Assembly (NCBI RefSeq): GCF_006345805.1
Contig: NC_042998.1
Coordinates: forward strand, 77,624,001 to 77,688,000
Source: Octopus sinensis
Lineage: Eukaryota
Reading direction: 5' to 3'
DNA length: 64,000 bases
Shown in pieces: positions 11,632 to 25,029 of this stretch; the stretch's first letter is position 1; every line of letters begins with the position of its first letter. The position numbers and the translations under genes are program-made. The notes below the pieces were generated by a model, which did not search any database, was not told the origin of the DNA, and saw only the letters and a program-made list of their open reading frames with translations.

Positions 11632-11877
11632 ATATATGTATGTATGTATACGTGCATATGTGTGTAGGTCTTTATGTTTGATCGCCTCCATTGCTTGCCA
11701 ACTGATCTTGATGTATTTACGTCCCCATAACTTCGCAGTTCGCCAAAAGAGTCCGATGGAGTAAGTAGTAGGTTTACAACGAATAAGTCCTGGGGTCGAT
11801 TTGTTCAACTAAATGCGGTGCTCCAGCATGGCCGCAGTCAAATGAATGAAAAAAGTACAAGAAAAAGAAAGAATGTA

Positions 11878-11926
<49 letters not shown>

Positions 11927-12090
11927 AGAGTTTACGAAAAAAAAAGACGAAGATGGTGTACAAAACAAATAGATGTATTAGTATAACGCTCAGGATTAGA
12001 AAAAGTCTTTTACGTTTCAAGCCTAGGCTCTTCTACAGAAAGGGACACAGAAAAAACAAGGAGAGAAAATAATGTGTGTAGTGGCTAACT
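11400..12090 (-). repeat. Two copies (11400-11585, 11923-12090) of a PLE-type repeat carrying a minimal hammerhead, with a family S3 SINE-like copy (+, ~11625-11850) between them
   Basis: The two copies are near-identical direct repeats. S3 relatives occur at ~29370-29570, 41200-41410, 56150-56590 (-) and 62890-63085 (-). Confidence 0.7.
11496..11533 (-). ncRNA. Minimal hammerhead motif with variant core
   Basis: Minus strand TCTTT-CTGTAGAA-GAGC-GTAG-GCTC-GAAA-CG-TA-AAAGA, with 5-bp stem I and 4-bp stem II. A second copy lies at 12006-12043. Confidence 0.6.
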
Positions 12091-12104
12091 ATCTATCTAT
12101 CTAA

Positions 12105-12200
<96 letters not shown>

Positions 12201-12254
12201 GCTAACAATCTATATATATGTATATATATATACACTTACTTGGAGAACAGAAAA

Positions 12255-13190
12255 GAAACGAAACGACGCGAGGGCGCTCAGTAATGCAATAAATTAATAA
12301 ATAAAATATATGCATACATGCATACATATATGTAAGTACCTACATCTACATGCATATATAAATATATATATGTGAGTACAGGCTACGTCTATTTGTGGTG
12401 TCCTGTACTCACATATATATATTTATATATGCATGTATATATACATGTAGATGTAGGTATGTACATATATGTATGTATGCATATATTTTATTTATTAATT
12501 TATTGCATCACTGAGCTCCCTCGCGTCGTTTCGTTTTTATATATAATTATGACGCGAAACTCTGTATCCCTTTGCTTGACCTTCCCTTCGTTCCTGTCTG
12601 TCTTCCTCTTTGCCTGTCTCTCTCCTTATTTTTCACCCTTTCTGGTTTCCTTTCCTCTCTTTCTCTCTCTCTCTCTCACTCCTCCTCATCTCTCACACAG
12701 CCGAGTCGACCACTTCCTTTCGCTGGCGGCCTCCTACAAGTGAACATGCTTTTTTCCTGCGCTCTTGAATTTTTCTATCGTCTAGGCTAAAAAAAGGCCC
12801 TCAATGTTTGTTTCCTTGTCCTGTTTTTATTCTTTACTTGTACTGTATTTTTTTGTATTTGTATTTTTATTTAGTATTTGTGTTTTTTATTTGTATTGTT
12901 TTTACGTCCTGTTTTTGTCACAGTTTTTCTTTCCTTGTTTTAACCCCTTGGCAAAGGAATTTTATTTAATTCTTTCGCAGGAAGGGCTAGTTTGACGAGT
13001 CGTGTTATGTCCTTACCTTCGAAACACGCACGGAGTCGAACAAGGGACAGCTGATGAAGGGGAATTTTCCTTGTATTGTTTGTCTTGTACTCTGTTTTAT
13101 CGTTGTTAAAAAATGTCCGTTTCCATGTTTGTTTTTACGTTTTCGTTTCTCGTTGAGTTCTACGTCTATTTGTGGTGTCCTGTACTCACA
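12255..13190 (+). mobile_element. Family A composite: inverted partial repeat (12255-12381), direct partial repeat (12383-12535), pyrimidine-rich body, full repeat (12984-13190)
   Basis: 12255-12381 is the reverse complement of ~12395-12535, and both match 260-590. Tandem plus inverted terminal repeats are the established PLE architecture. Confidence 0.7.
13001..13062 (+). ncRNA. Candidate non-circularly permuted hammerhead ribozyme, copy 2
   Basis: CGTGT-T-ATGTCC-TTA-CCTTC-GAA-ACACG-(16 nt)-GGACAG-CTGATGA-AGGGG. Most substitutions relative to copy 1 fall in the 16-nt linker. Confidence 0.55.
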
Positions 13191-13199
13191 TATATATAT

Positions 13200-13275
<76 letters not shown>

Positions 13276-13924
13276 ATATATATATATATATTATATATAT
13301 ATATATATATAATATATATATATATATACACGTATGTATGTGTGTGTGTGTGTATGTGCATACCAGGCAGTTACGAGAAAGCTTGTGTATATTTGTTATG
13401 TAAGATGTAAAAGTGCGCCGTAGTAAATGTACTGTAGTGATTAATTTTAGTCTCACTCGATACTAAGTTCACAACTGATCGACACTGACATTAATCTCTT
13501 TCATAAATTATATCAAGTGTTTGTAAATACTAATTACCAGTCAATCGATAATACATGTTATCTATCTAATGAAATGTAATACTACAAAAAACGAGGAATA
13601 TAATACTCATTTTGACAGGTAAGTTGACTAGCAAATCGTTGATTGATCGGAAATGCTTTGGCTGCTACATTCGTTCATAAACTTTGCGCTTTGTTGCCGA
13701 GTCCAACACGGTTTAAGTTTTACTGTCATCTTCACGGGATCGATGAAATATACACCTACCAGGAATTAGCATCGATTTAATTGACAAACCATTTCCACTT
13801 CCTAAATGTGTGACCCTAAATTTCATGTTTAGAGCCTGTATCAGCATCATCATCATCATCACCATCATCATCATCTTCATCATCATCAGCAGCAGCACCA
13901 TCATCATCATCATCATTATTATTT

Positions 13925-14522
13925 TTATTGAGTGAGAGAGGAGTGCATGCCATCAAAGTGACACTGGGGTAACATATACAAAGCCCAGTATACCCATCAT
14001 GACTACTCGTCTAATAAGGGTACACTAGGCACATACATCACAACCAATAGTGTGCGACATGGTGATCTAATATCAAGATAAACAGCACAGGACCTTGCAG
14101 GTGAGGCCCAGTTAGAATTTTCTTCTTGTCGAGTAACCCATCCCGCTCAAAAGATTCCTGAATAAGGGTTGTTTAAGGATGTTGAAGGAAACACCCACGT
14201 TTCCAGAAGTGAATTATTCAAACCCCAAAGAATCCCTCTCAATACATGGCTATGCTTCTCCCCCATTACTTCTGCTCGTGATCAGAGATGCACATATCGT
14301 CAGCCACTAAGGGACATGGTCAACTGGTTAAGGTCAAACAACTGACAAGCAAATCTGTGGTATTGAGCAGAATATTTGCTGTAGCCCATCTTTTGTACCA
14401 AGACAAAACAATGTACATGATAACACTTCCAATCAGTTAAGATCAGAAGCCATGAGAGCCACTGCCTGGTACTGCATCAGGGCATTGGTACCGCATGTGG
14501 GCATTTAGTACTGCATCAGGGC
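13925..14522. repeat. ~600-bp dispersed non-coding repeat flanked by (TTA/ATC)n on both sides
   Basis: Homologous to 43352-43890 and partly to 7871-8075 (CACTTCCAATCAGTTAAGATCAGAAGCCATGAGAGCC). Confidence 0.8.
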
Positions 14523-14558
<36 letters not shown>

Positions 14559-14571
14559 TATTATTATTATG

Positions 14572-14602
<31 letters not shown>

Positions 14603-14624
14603 TATTATTATTATTATTATAATT

Positions 14625-15150
14625 AAGGGGCAGCTGAGAGAATCATTAACATGTCGGGCAAAATGCTTCGCGGCGTTTCGTCCGTCTTCACGTTCTGAGT
14701 TGAAATTTCGCTAAGCTTGACTTTACATCTCATCCTTCAGGGTTCGATAAAATAAGTACCAGTCAAGTAGTGGCGCCGATGTAATCGACTACCCTGTCTC
14801 CTAAAATATCAGGCCTTGCGTCTACATTAGAAAATATTAATTCAAAACATAAGCCGACGAGCTGGAACAATTGCTAAAATGATTAATGATATTTCGCCCA
14901 CCTTTGTTGCTGGGTTCAAATTCCGCCAAGGTCCTCGTTGCCTTTTATCATTTTAGTGTCGATGAAAGAATAGCAGTTAAGCGATGGGATTGATGTAATC
15001 GACTTCACTCCACCTCGAAATTGCCGAGGTCAAAATATGAAAATCAATATTGTAATAATAATAAAGGCTGCGTGCTTGCAGAATCATTACTGTTCCGGAA
15101 AAAAATCTCCCAAAATTTCAAGCCTGGTGTCTATAGTAGAAAGGATCATT
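14625..15150 (+). mobile_element. Three tandem S1 SINE copies, the last internally deleted
   Basis: S1 head and core motifs at ~14630, ~14858 and ~15064. Confidence 0.7.
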
Positions 15151-15187
15151 AGAAAAGTATATTCATGGCATTAGTTGTATCAAAATT

Positions 15188-16062
15188 TGAGATGGTATCA
15201 TAAAGCTCCCGGACAATTTCTGTAGCGCGCCAACAGATGACAGCACACGGTTGCGTTCGCAATGACAGATAGTAGTGGCCTCCATGAGGTAGTGTGCCGA
15301 GTGACGTTGCTGTGTATACTAGGCAAGTTGTGAAATTTGTGTTTTTGTGATCATCTGTATTCTTAAGTATACGATTTTTTTGTCATGGAGAGGAAGTAGG
15401 AACAATGAACCAGCAGAAATTCTTTTGTTAAGCTTCGTAAGTTTTATACAGAGACACTGGCCATGTTCGGCAACCTTATGGCGAGGAAGCAATGGATCAG
15501 ACGCAATTTTTCGAGAGGTACGGGCGCAGGACAAAGCTGCAGATCTATTAAGATTATACTCCTCGTTTTTTTTTTCTATATTTGCGGTATTGTGCAACGA
15601 GGATTTGTTCCCCAGGGCCAGATCCTCACTCGAGAGTTCTAGTGCTAAGTTTTGAGGCTTTTAAGAAAGGACATTCGGCGAAAGCAACCGGCTCTGTGCG
15701 GTGTGAAGAATTAGATTCTTCACGACGACAATGCCCATTGTCAGCGAGCTCTTCTCACACGTGGATTTCTCACGAAAAACATGGTATCGCTTCCGCAATC
15801 GCTCTGTTCGCTAGATGAAAATGCAGTTCAAAGATCACCGCTTTTAGTACCGTTGTCGAGATCTAGAGCGAATCACAGAAAGTCCTCGACTCGCTTATGG
15901 AAATTGACTTCCAGGTCGGATTCCAAAAGTGGCAGCAACGCTGGGACCGGTGTACCGCTGCGCAAGGTGACTATCTCGAAGGAAATAATGTTAAAACTTA
16001 GGTCAATAAGTTATATTTTATTAATCATAGGTACTCCTCGAATTTTTAGATACCACCTCGTA
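15188..16062 (+). mobile_element. Internally deleted mariner transposon relic
   Basis: Degenerate TIRs (GAGATGGTATCATAAAG / GATACCACCTCGTA). N-terminal residue pattern FVKLRK..TETLAM...YGEEAMDQTQFFE, then HDNA-like ...RGFLTKNMVSLPQS and the C-terminal FQKWQQRWDRCTAAQGDYLEG. Confidence 0.8.
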
Positions 16063-16604
16063 AAATTTATGATTCTCGTTTAAAAAGAAATATGTACTAT
16101 TTATCTCACCTGTCCGTTAAACTATAGACAATATTATAGATATAGTGTTGTAACATTTACAAAATATTATTTTTCTGTAAAATTACTGTCGAGATTAAAC
16201 AAAAGAAGTTGGTAACATAGTAGAATATTCCGAGCATTAAACAATTAACCCAGTAATTCATCTCAATATTGGAAAGCGTTTATGATTTTCGATTTGAATT
16301 GATAGTTCAAATGAATATCATTGAAATTATCCCAAGAAAATGACTTACAAACTCATCTCATCATTATTAAACCTTGCCTACAAATTAGCATAATACGAGA
16401 TTCGGATGGTTTAAATATTTGACAATTATTAATATGTCACTTTAATTTACTCTTGCAGAAGTAGGCGGGGCTGAGATAATACTGCTGCAATGTTTCTCAC
16501 ATTTAGATTTACACCAATACATGTGTTACATGATATAAGTTGTAAATAATGTTGAAATTTAGAGCAGTGTATCATATATAAGCATGTGTATCAAAACATA
16601 AACA

Positions 16605-16815
16605 GACAGCGAGTTGGCCGAATCGGTAGCACGGCGGGCAAAACGCTTAGCGGGATTTCGTTGTCCTTTCGGTCACAGTTCAAGTTCCACCGAGGTCGGC
16701 TTTGATTTTCATCCTTTCGGGGTTGATGAAATAAGTGCTAATTGAAAACTAGTGTCGATTACATCGATTTAACGTTTCATCTGGACTTTCTGGCCTTGTG
16801 CCCAAATTTGAAATC
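16605..16815 (+). mobile_element. S1 SINE copy
   Basis: GCGAGTTGGCCGAATCGGTAGCACG...CATCCTTTCGGGGTTGATGAAATAAGT. Confidence 0.7.
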
Positions 16816-18479
16816 AATATATTACAACACAATGGAAATTGATAAAAGGAGTTATGGAACTTACCTAACATAATTGCAAATTAACATAAAACAGTATTAA
16901 GTTCTTTTTGTTGAAAAATATTCGCCGGAGAACATGTTCTTCGACATTTTCTCAGACTAAATAGAAAGATAAAGCTTGTATTCTATTTAAAGTGTATCTT
17001 ATGAAAATAACCACAACGTACAAGCAATCAGCTGCTAAGATTTCTAGCTTTAATGCTGCTCTTAGAAAAGATCAAAGTAATCTAATTGGCTTAGTTTAAA
17101 TCATCATTGTACCAAGTTCCCAACACCATGAATATCTAAAGGCTTATACACTTCAATATCATATCTAATCATTGCGTGTGAGTTTGTCGATTTTGTCAAC
17201 ATGGTTCAGAAATAGCATAGAAAACGTTTGAGAAAGGAGAATAAATTAGCTTAAGCGTTTTGCGAGTTGTATTCGCTTACGTTGTCATATATACCTTATC
17301 ACTTAGACTATAAGACTAATTACAAGAAAAATCAATAAACAGAAAAAAAGTAGGGTTTAAGAAATGTCGGTTGCATGCACTTCATATATTTATGTGTGTG
17401 TGTTTGTGTGAGTGTGTGTGCAGTGATTAGGGAGTGTGGGGTTAACCCTTGTGACTCTTACCAAATATTTTGACCCACGATAATAGCTGACAGCAAATAC
17501 AAATATGATTCGTACATTTAAATAATAGCAATAAACCCAATACGTATTTTTAAACTCTTTTCTTTAAATTGCTACAGTAAACACGACCAGCCTTTGGTCT
17601 CATAATGCTATCTCTAATAATGCAACTTAACACTATGAATAGGCGACACAAATATTAATGTATTGCTAGTGATGCTGTCAGACTAAGTAGATAACAGTAC
17701 GTACATTGCGATGACATGAAGTACTGTAGTATCAATACTACTGGGAAATAGGTTTTCATTTTAGTAGCTTCATCTGAGTAAGAGTGCAAAGTATATTTTT
17801 ACAGCAGACTAGCGCTTTAATTTGTTATCAGTTCAAAAGTAAAATGATCGAATTCGATTGTATTTTCGACTGTCCAAACATACCAGCCTCTTCGATATAA
17901 GTATATAATATCGATAGTGTAGTTAATACACATAACTAGTGTGGTGACCATCGAAGGAGAAAATGTAGAAAGAGTGTTCCAGGATTATAACCACTGATAT
18001 ACAAGCACATAATTCTGAGAATGTAAACCAACTGAATAAAAAGAGAAATACTGATCATTTGAGATATATAATCGTTCGTATAAGTGCACATAAATTACGA
18101 AATAATAATGGCTAATGTTATATAACCAAAGAAATAATTAGTTTTTTTCTTTGCGTATAAAACGGATGTAGGTGGTTAGATGATCATTGTTAGGCGTTAA
18201 TTGTACATCACAGTACCAATATAGCATTATAGGAAATAACTGAATGCAGCATACGCTACCGTAACGTGTGTGTGTGTGTGTGTGTGTGTATAGGCCGGAA
18301 TGTACGTGTATGTACATTACATGTGAATTCAAAAATATACAGACTGATGGGCAAGCAGTTTGAAAGAGGTAGTGTCCGAATGTGCCGAACAACCTTTGAT
18401 AAAAAAAAAATATCTGCTGTTAGAAGTTAGAAAGCACTTCAGGAAACTTGTAACAGTATGACTTGATAATAGGAAAACA

Positions 18480-19900
18480 TTCGGATCTCTTCCACTCTCA
18501 TGCTGAAATATCTGTCAAAACTACCTGCTATTTTAATCACTGTTATTCAGAAGAACACAAAGTCCCGGGTATTACCTCTCATGCTTACAACTGTGATCCG
18601 AAGATATTATAGATATTTCAGAGGGAATATTCCAAGAAGATAATCTTTTTTATTTCTCTTTATTTTAGCATTAAATCCGTTAACATATCTTTCGTCTGCC
18701 ACTCCTAGTGATATCAAAGTAAACCGTAATTTCTTTGTGCAGACCAAAGGTCTAGGCTAAGAGTATTTACAATGCCAAAAACAGCTGAAGTTAGTTACAT
18801 TTTCAGCTAAGTTAGGAATGGAATTTGGACAAAAGAAGTGTTTACATTTGATTACTGAATATAGAAAACCCCTGTCTCAAACGCAGAATTTGTACATTAA
18901 CAGTCACACTATCTCTCCTGTACCAAATAAAGAACATTACAAACACTTAGGCATTGATGAAAACGTACCATACAGAGGTGGTTTGAACAATGACAGCCTG
19001 CCGAGATTATTATACTAGATTAAAGAAAAATATCTCTGTCGGAGCTGTTCTCAAATCATACGACAATAGCCTACAATAAATTTTCAGTCTCACTGCTAAA
19101 AGTAGCATGTGCAATACTGGATCAACTGGAAAAGTGATATCGACAGGCTCTATCTAAACAGCCACAGAGAAGGTAGAAAATCCAACCAGTGCAGTCAAGC
19201 TTTGAATACCGTATAGCATGGCAAGAGCAAAAATAAATGTATAAACTAACCGCTGACAAGTGAAGAGAACATTATCCTACAAGACGACAGCGAACTCCTC
19301 CAAGAGGTATCCTCTTCCAGATAACCTCTCATATAACTGCAAAATAACAGCATTAGCATGCCTCAAATACGACCCAGGTGTGAAGCGCTCAGCATATCAA
19401 ACTATTATTATGTATGTGTATGTTTCTCTAATATTAGAGCGTATTACTAATATCCATATAAAGAGGAGACTTGCTTGGACTCGCGATCGTTGTATCACAT
19501 CATACTTCGAAGGCTAGGCACCTGCAATACTGTAACAGGTAATTGCTTCAAAATACCTAATGCATGAAAGAGATAGTGCAGCCCTTTGGGCCCAAAGATG
19601 CAATCGGAAATATCGATTATGTCACATTTCTGTGGAAGATATCACAGATGTGATCATTAATGTGTTGCCAAGGGCAGAAAGCGAGGGATCATATGTGGCG
19701 GGCCACCATATTCTCTCCAGGTTTAATCTTTACCTTAGTTATTTTTTCAATATCATAAGCTCACCTTAAATACCAACCCATCTTCAAAGAAGCTTCGATT
19801 AAAATCCTATGCTCTACAACACCAAACTTTGGATCTGTAATTGCCTCTGCCAAGTGCGCAAACTAAGGCTCCTTTTTCTGGGCACAACAAACTATCCACC
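18480..19900 (+). mobile_element. Decayed non-LTR retrotransposon, R4/Dong-like (RT C-half to CCHC)
   Basis: Fragmented motifs GIFQEDN (RT GIFQGD-like), GMEFGQKKC...YKHLGIDEN and YRLCHISVEDITDVI (CCHC knuckle-like). Many stops and frameshifts. Confidence 0.6.
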
Positions 19901-19979
19901 TGGATGTCACCCTCACCCGCCAGATACTAATACTATGAGCCGCAGGAATCTTATCCTTTTTTTATAAAAGCAACCCTGG

Positions 19980-20335
19980 TACTATATCCTCTACTATCAG
20001 CAACTTTACCACATGTGACAGTGGTGATGCACTCCTCGGCCCCGTACTGGTAAATGTAACATCAGTCCTACTTCGAGTGTAATGGATGATATGAATCAGA
20101 TCAGAATAGGTATTGATCCTAAGCCCACCTCTAGTGGAAAAACCTGTGATTGCCGAGCCTCCCAACTGTGTGTGTTGGATGCTCATTTCACGCCACATCG
20201 TCACAAATATATATGTTGAGAAATAACCAGCAGCTCCATCAAGCTAGGGTCTACATTGGTGAAACGGTTGATTTCAAGCGCCACTACCGGGATCGCATGA
20301 ATTAATTTTCGAAGAACACCTCTAGATTTTCTTCC
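19980..20335 (+). mobile_element. Decayed PLE 3' fragment (Cys linker plus GIY-YIG)
   Basis: KTCDCRASQLCVLDAH followed by ARVYIGETVDFKRHY. A pyrimidine-rich tail follows, with a degenerate HHR (TTGATGA...GAAA-CCAG-TA-AATA) at 21071-21114. Confidence 0.6.
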
Positions 20336-21539
20336 TCCTTAGTTACATATATACACAACCTTTAAGTCCCACAATATTTCCTATACCTTACTCTGATCCC
20401 TAGTTGTTGAAGCTTCCGCCTGTAATACTAACCATCGTGTTTGTAAGTTGTGTTGCAGAGAAACATGCGCTAACCTTTGTCATGATAAAACCGAGTTACT
20501 CAATCTGTTCTTTGGCGTAACCTTCTCGTGTAAGCATAACTTTTATTCAACCTTTGCCCATTACGTAAAGTCGTTATGATTTCTCTTATTTATGGTTAAA
20601 CTCTTACTTATTACTTAGCTACGCTTGCAACATATTCTTTCTCTTCTCTCCTTCGACCTTTCCCCCTATCTCAGTATACCTTCTTTTGCTACCTCACCTC
20701 AATTCCTTTAGTTAATTACTTCTCCCTTCCTGTCTTTTTGCATTGCCAACTACCATCTCTAATTGATTAAAAGTTTGCCTAGTATGCTTTCTGATCACCA
20801 TCGGCGTATCCTTTAACCACAGTAACCTTGATTTTAGTTTTCTTCCATCTTCTCTCTGTTTTACTTATTCTAGCTCTATTCACCCCACCCTCTGTGTCAT
20901 TGAAGTCCTCCTCCCTCTCTCCGCCTTATATTACCCCTACCTCTGTTCACTCTTTCAACGCCTCTTATATCCTCCCTTTCCCTACTCTTGGCTCTTTTCC
21001 TCTCTTTTCTCTTCTCTATCTCTTCAATCTCGAAATCTCTCGGGCTACTATACAAGATGCCTTTGCCAATTATTTCTTGATGAAAGAAACGACGTAACAT
21101 GAAACCAGTAAATAGTCTCACAAAGAGTAACACCTCTGTGTGACTACTTACAATTTGCATAACCAAACTTTTTGTACATTTCACCTGCAAATTATGAACT
21201 CTACAGTTGTAGAGTAAAAAACTATGCATTCTCTTCTTAGTATTCCGAATTTTTTGTGCTCTATATAAATCTGTTTGCATAAATATATTTATGAATATAT
21301 GTGGGATTTTTATGAATATATGTAGTTATATGCATTTATATTTATCTATATGCATATACATGCATATATATATTGAGCCTAATTGTATTTATCTGCATCA
21401 CGATCTACATAATACATAAATACACACATACATACATACAAAACTACCCTATTATTATTATTATTATTATTACTGGTGGTAGTAGTAGCGTTAGTGGTGG
21501 TAGTAGTAGTAGTAGCGTTAGTGGTGGTGGTAGTAGTAT

Positions 21540-21585
<46 letters not shown>

Positions 21586-22921
21586 TGTTGTTGTTGTTTC
21601 TGTTGGAGCTGCTCTTGTTACTTCCTGCGGTCACAGCTCAAGGCGCTATATTGTACGCTAAATGGTATTCCTAACTTAACACAACTTTTAGTAGATCGGC
21701 AGAGACAACTGAATTAACTGCAATTATATTGCACCGAAACCTATTTGATCGACTCTTTAGATATATTTTCACTTCACTTGTTATTCTGATGGCTATGAAA
21801 ATGTACAAATGCTACATCCAATTATAAAAATCACCTAAAACTTTTAGTTGATTGCTATGTAACGCAATGTTTCTCAACTAGTATGCCATTAACTCTGGCG
21901 TGCATAGAAACGATAAAATAAAGAAATTCAAATAACAGAAATGTTTCCTAAAAATGTCTAGAAGCTGTTACTTACCTTCACATTCTAAGTTCAAATCTCA
22001 AGTTCATGGGACTTTCCTGAGACGACTCAATAATTGTAATTAATATATGGTATACCTGTTCATATATTCATAATCTACTAGTAAAAATGCGTGACAAAGT
22101 ACAAATCCGATAATAGTAAATTAGAGTAACAGGTGTCAAACAGGTTTGTTTCACGTTACGAAATCCCGAGTTTCTGAAAGTCTTGATGTGATACGATATT
22201 TCGTAATGAAAAACTTATTTTCGCATCGATTTCTATGTTACAAATTAAGAACAAAATATTTATATAATCACATAAAAATAATTTTGAAACATACAAAACA
22301 TATAAAAAATAATACATAGAATAAATAAGAGCGAAGTAATATGTAGAGTTCGTACTCACCACAAACTACGCTGGTGGTTGTACGATGAGAAGTGGTTTCA
22401 TGAAAGTAGGAAGAAGAAGGCTACTACCTGCCTTTACCATGTAAATCTTCATCAGCATCTGCTTGAAGCTTCACTTTCTACATCTCAGTATAGGAAATGG
22501 GGTTATTATAAATGCTTCTGTAATTTAAAGTTAAATACACGATAGATTTACTGATCTTTCTATAGAAGTATCAACCTTTTAGCTATATTTTGCTTAATCA
22601 ACTACAATAGAACGGCTAGAGCGCTTATCATCGCTTAGCATTCACGTCGCATTACACTGACCTGCATCAGACCGTTATTAGATATTTTATATCGGTAAAC
22701 TTAAATATAGATTTGTTCTCGAATACTGCCAGTCATACACAAATACGCACAAACACTCAGACATACACACATGCATGCACAAACACACATATTCACGCTC
22801 ACACGCCACACATAGTCGATACAATATAATATGTATATATATCAATCTCTCCCACCTCTTCTCTCTGTGTCTGTCTGTCTCGCTCTTTCTCCTTTATCTT
22901 TCTCTCTCTCCCCCTCTCTAC

Positions 22922-22974
<53 letters not shown>

Positions 22975-24271
22975 TCTGCACAGTTTCCATCTACTGAAAA
23001 TCAATTACTAAAATTTGCTATAGTTCGAACTACAAATGAATCTACGTATTGAAGTTTATGTCTGATGAGATTGAACACTGAATGAGGTGATTTCAAAACA
23101 AAAAATATTAATATCAAGATAGTGTATCTGTATTATCAATACATATATAATGTTTATATGAATTAAACAATTGGACATGATGCACCCCAGATGTTTCACG
23201 CAATAAAAGTATAAAATTTTAGTGTTAGGCTTCCTCATTGCAAAATGATGTTTCAGTGACTACCTCATCAGCAAGTCTTAAACTAAAAGCAGTTACACAA
23301 TTACCCCATAATAGACAACAATTGTTCATTTCAGGTTTGGTGTGTATAATTCAATTATTATATCTAGATTACTTACAAATTAAACACTTCGTCCGTTCGT
23401 CGTTTTCTAGTGTATTCATATACCAATTCATCAAGATTTAAGTGCTACATATTATTCAGGTAAATGCCGTTCTCTGATAAAGAAATTTTATTAGAATATT
23501 TAAAAACAAGGCAACAGGAAAGGAGAGTTAAAGAAGAAAGAAAAGGGAAAAAAACATGGGACGGTCAAGCAGCGGAAGATGGAGTGGTTGGGGCATATAC
23601 CTCAGAACAAATGATGTGTTGAGCCCCGCACCGCTGTAATGACCACTGTGGTGTAGCTGCGCGGAGAAAGGCCATCGATACACAATGCAGCAGCCGCTCC
23701 GATTCGTGGGGCCACTTTCTCAGACGGGTCGCCGTCATACCTATTTTGCAGAGGAAAACAGTGGTAGTGAGGTGCCTAGAACACTTGACATCTCGACGGA
23801 GACCAGCACAAATAGATAGCGACCGGCTAGGTACCTGCATTCATTGATTTTTCTTTTGTCCGGGTTACGGGCGTCGACACCAGGGATTCCAGCCGATGCT
23901 ACTGGAGAACGTGTCACTGTGTATTGTCTTAATTTCAAAGCTGAAAAGGAGAATATCAATAACATTTACTTTTCTTGGCGTGGTTAGATTTTCGGATAAC
24001 TATCACGCATTTTCTTTAAGTGGTATATAGGAAGTTTATTCTGAAAACATTTTGCATTTATACAGACATAATATCATCGATATAACTACGTATTGTAGGA
24101 TTGTGTACTCTCGATGATGAAATACATTATCTCGATGAATATTGTAGTTCCACGATTCAGTTGCATCAATCCTATATCTGCTTGTACGTATGAATGTGTG
24201 CTTGAGTGCGCGCGTGAGTCTATGCATGTATGTGTGTGTGTGTGTGTATAAATATATATATACATATATAT

Positions 24272-24368
<97 letters not shown>

Positions 24369-24401
24369 CTTTATTTTAAGCAGCAGAAAATTCAACAAAA
24401 T

Positions 24402-24439
24402 CTGTTACTCTGAGTTTCTCGTTGCCGTTCATCAGACAG
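24402..24439 (-). ncRNA. Minimal type I hammerhead in a PLE-type repeat (24378-24450)
   Basis: Minus strand CTGT-CTGATGA-A-CG-GCAA-CG-A-GAAA-CTCAGAG-TA-ACAG: 4-bp stem I, GNRA-capped mini stem II, quasi-palindromic stem III. Confidence 0.65.
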
Positions 24440-24556
24440 TTTTTGCTAGAATGGAACCGATATATCAAACTCTTATATATATATATATATATATAAATAT
24501 GAGAAACTAAAAAAGGAAAATACGCACACTTACATGGTTTTAATATAATTTTTAAT

Positions 24557-25015
24557 ATATCGACCGGTTTCGCTATCGCTATTCATGATATTATATTTAA
24601 TTTATTTGAATATATATTTTTTCTTAAGAAGAAATTTGGTCCATGTTGTGTGTGATAAAATTCACGAGTGAATGACTTCACAAGTAGACAAATAAAGGGA
24701 GGTAATTGGTTGTTATTATTGTTATTGTTGTATGTAAGGGAGATAACTGTTCGGCTTTCGGTAATGGGTGAGGATTAAATATGTGTACAGAAAAGAGACA
24801 GGTTTTTAAAATACCTTGTTTAGTAGGAGATTTATGTCCAGTGATGTAATCGTGAATGGAATATGTAAAAATATAAAAGTCGGTTACGCGTGCATATTAA
24901 GACGTGTTTTGTATTTTTCAATGAAAAAAGTTTCTTTATTTAACCGTTCTAGTTGAGAGATTGCGTCTTTGCACTTGTAGAAAGGGAAGACTGAAATTTG
25001 GTTTAATGTTACCTG
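24557..25015 (-). mobile_element. 5'-truncated PLE 3' end (GIY-YIG C-terminus, UTR, degenerate HHR)
   Basis: ISVFPFYKCKDAISQLERLNKETFFIEKYKTRLN resembles the TFFIEKYKPRLN end of the 37.5-kb PLE. A degenerate HHR TATC-ATGAA..GAAA-CCGG-TC-GATA at 24557-24590 lacks the CTG of the core. Confidence 0.65.
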
Positions 25016-25029
25016 CACATTTTTCTTAG

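Noticed and set aside
17437-17450. TTAA|CCCTT, a piggyBac-like end
   Set aside because: I found no matching opposite end.
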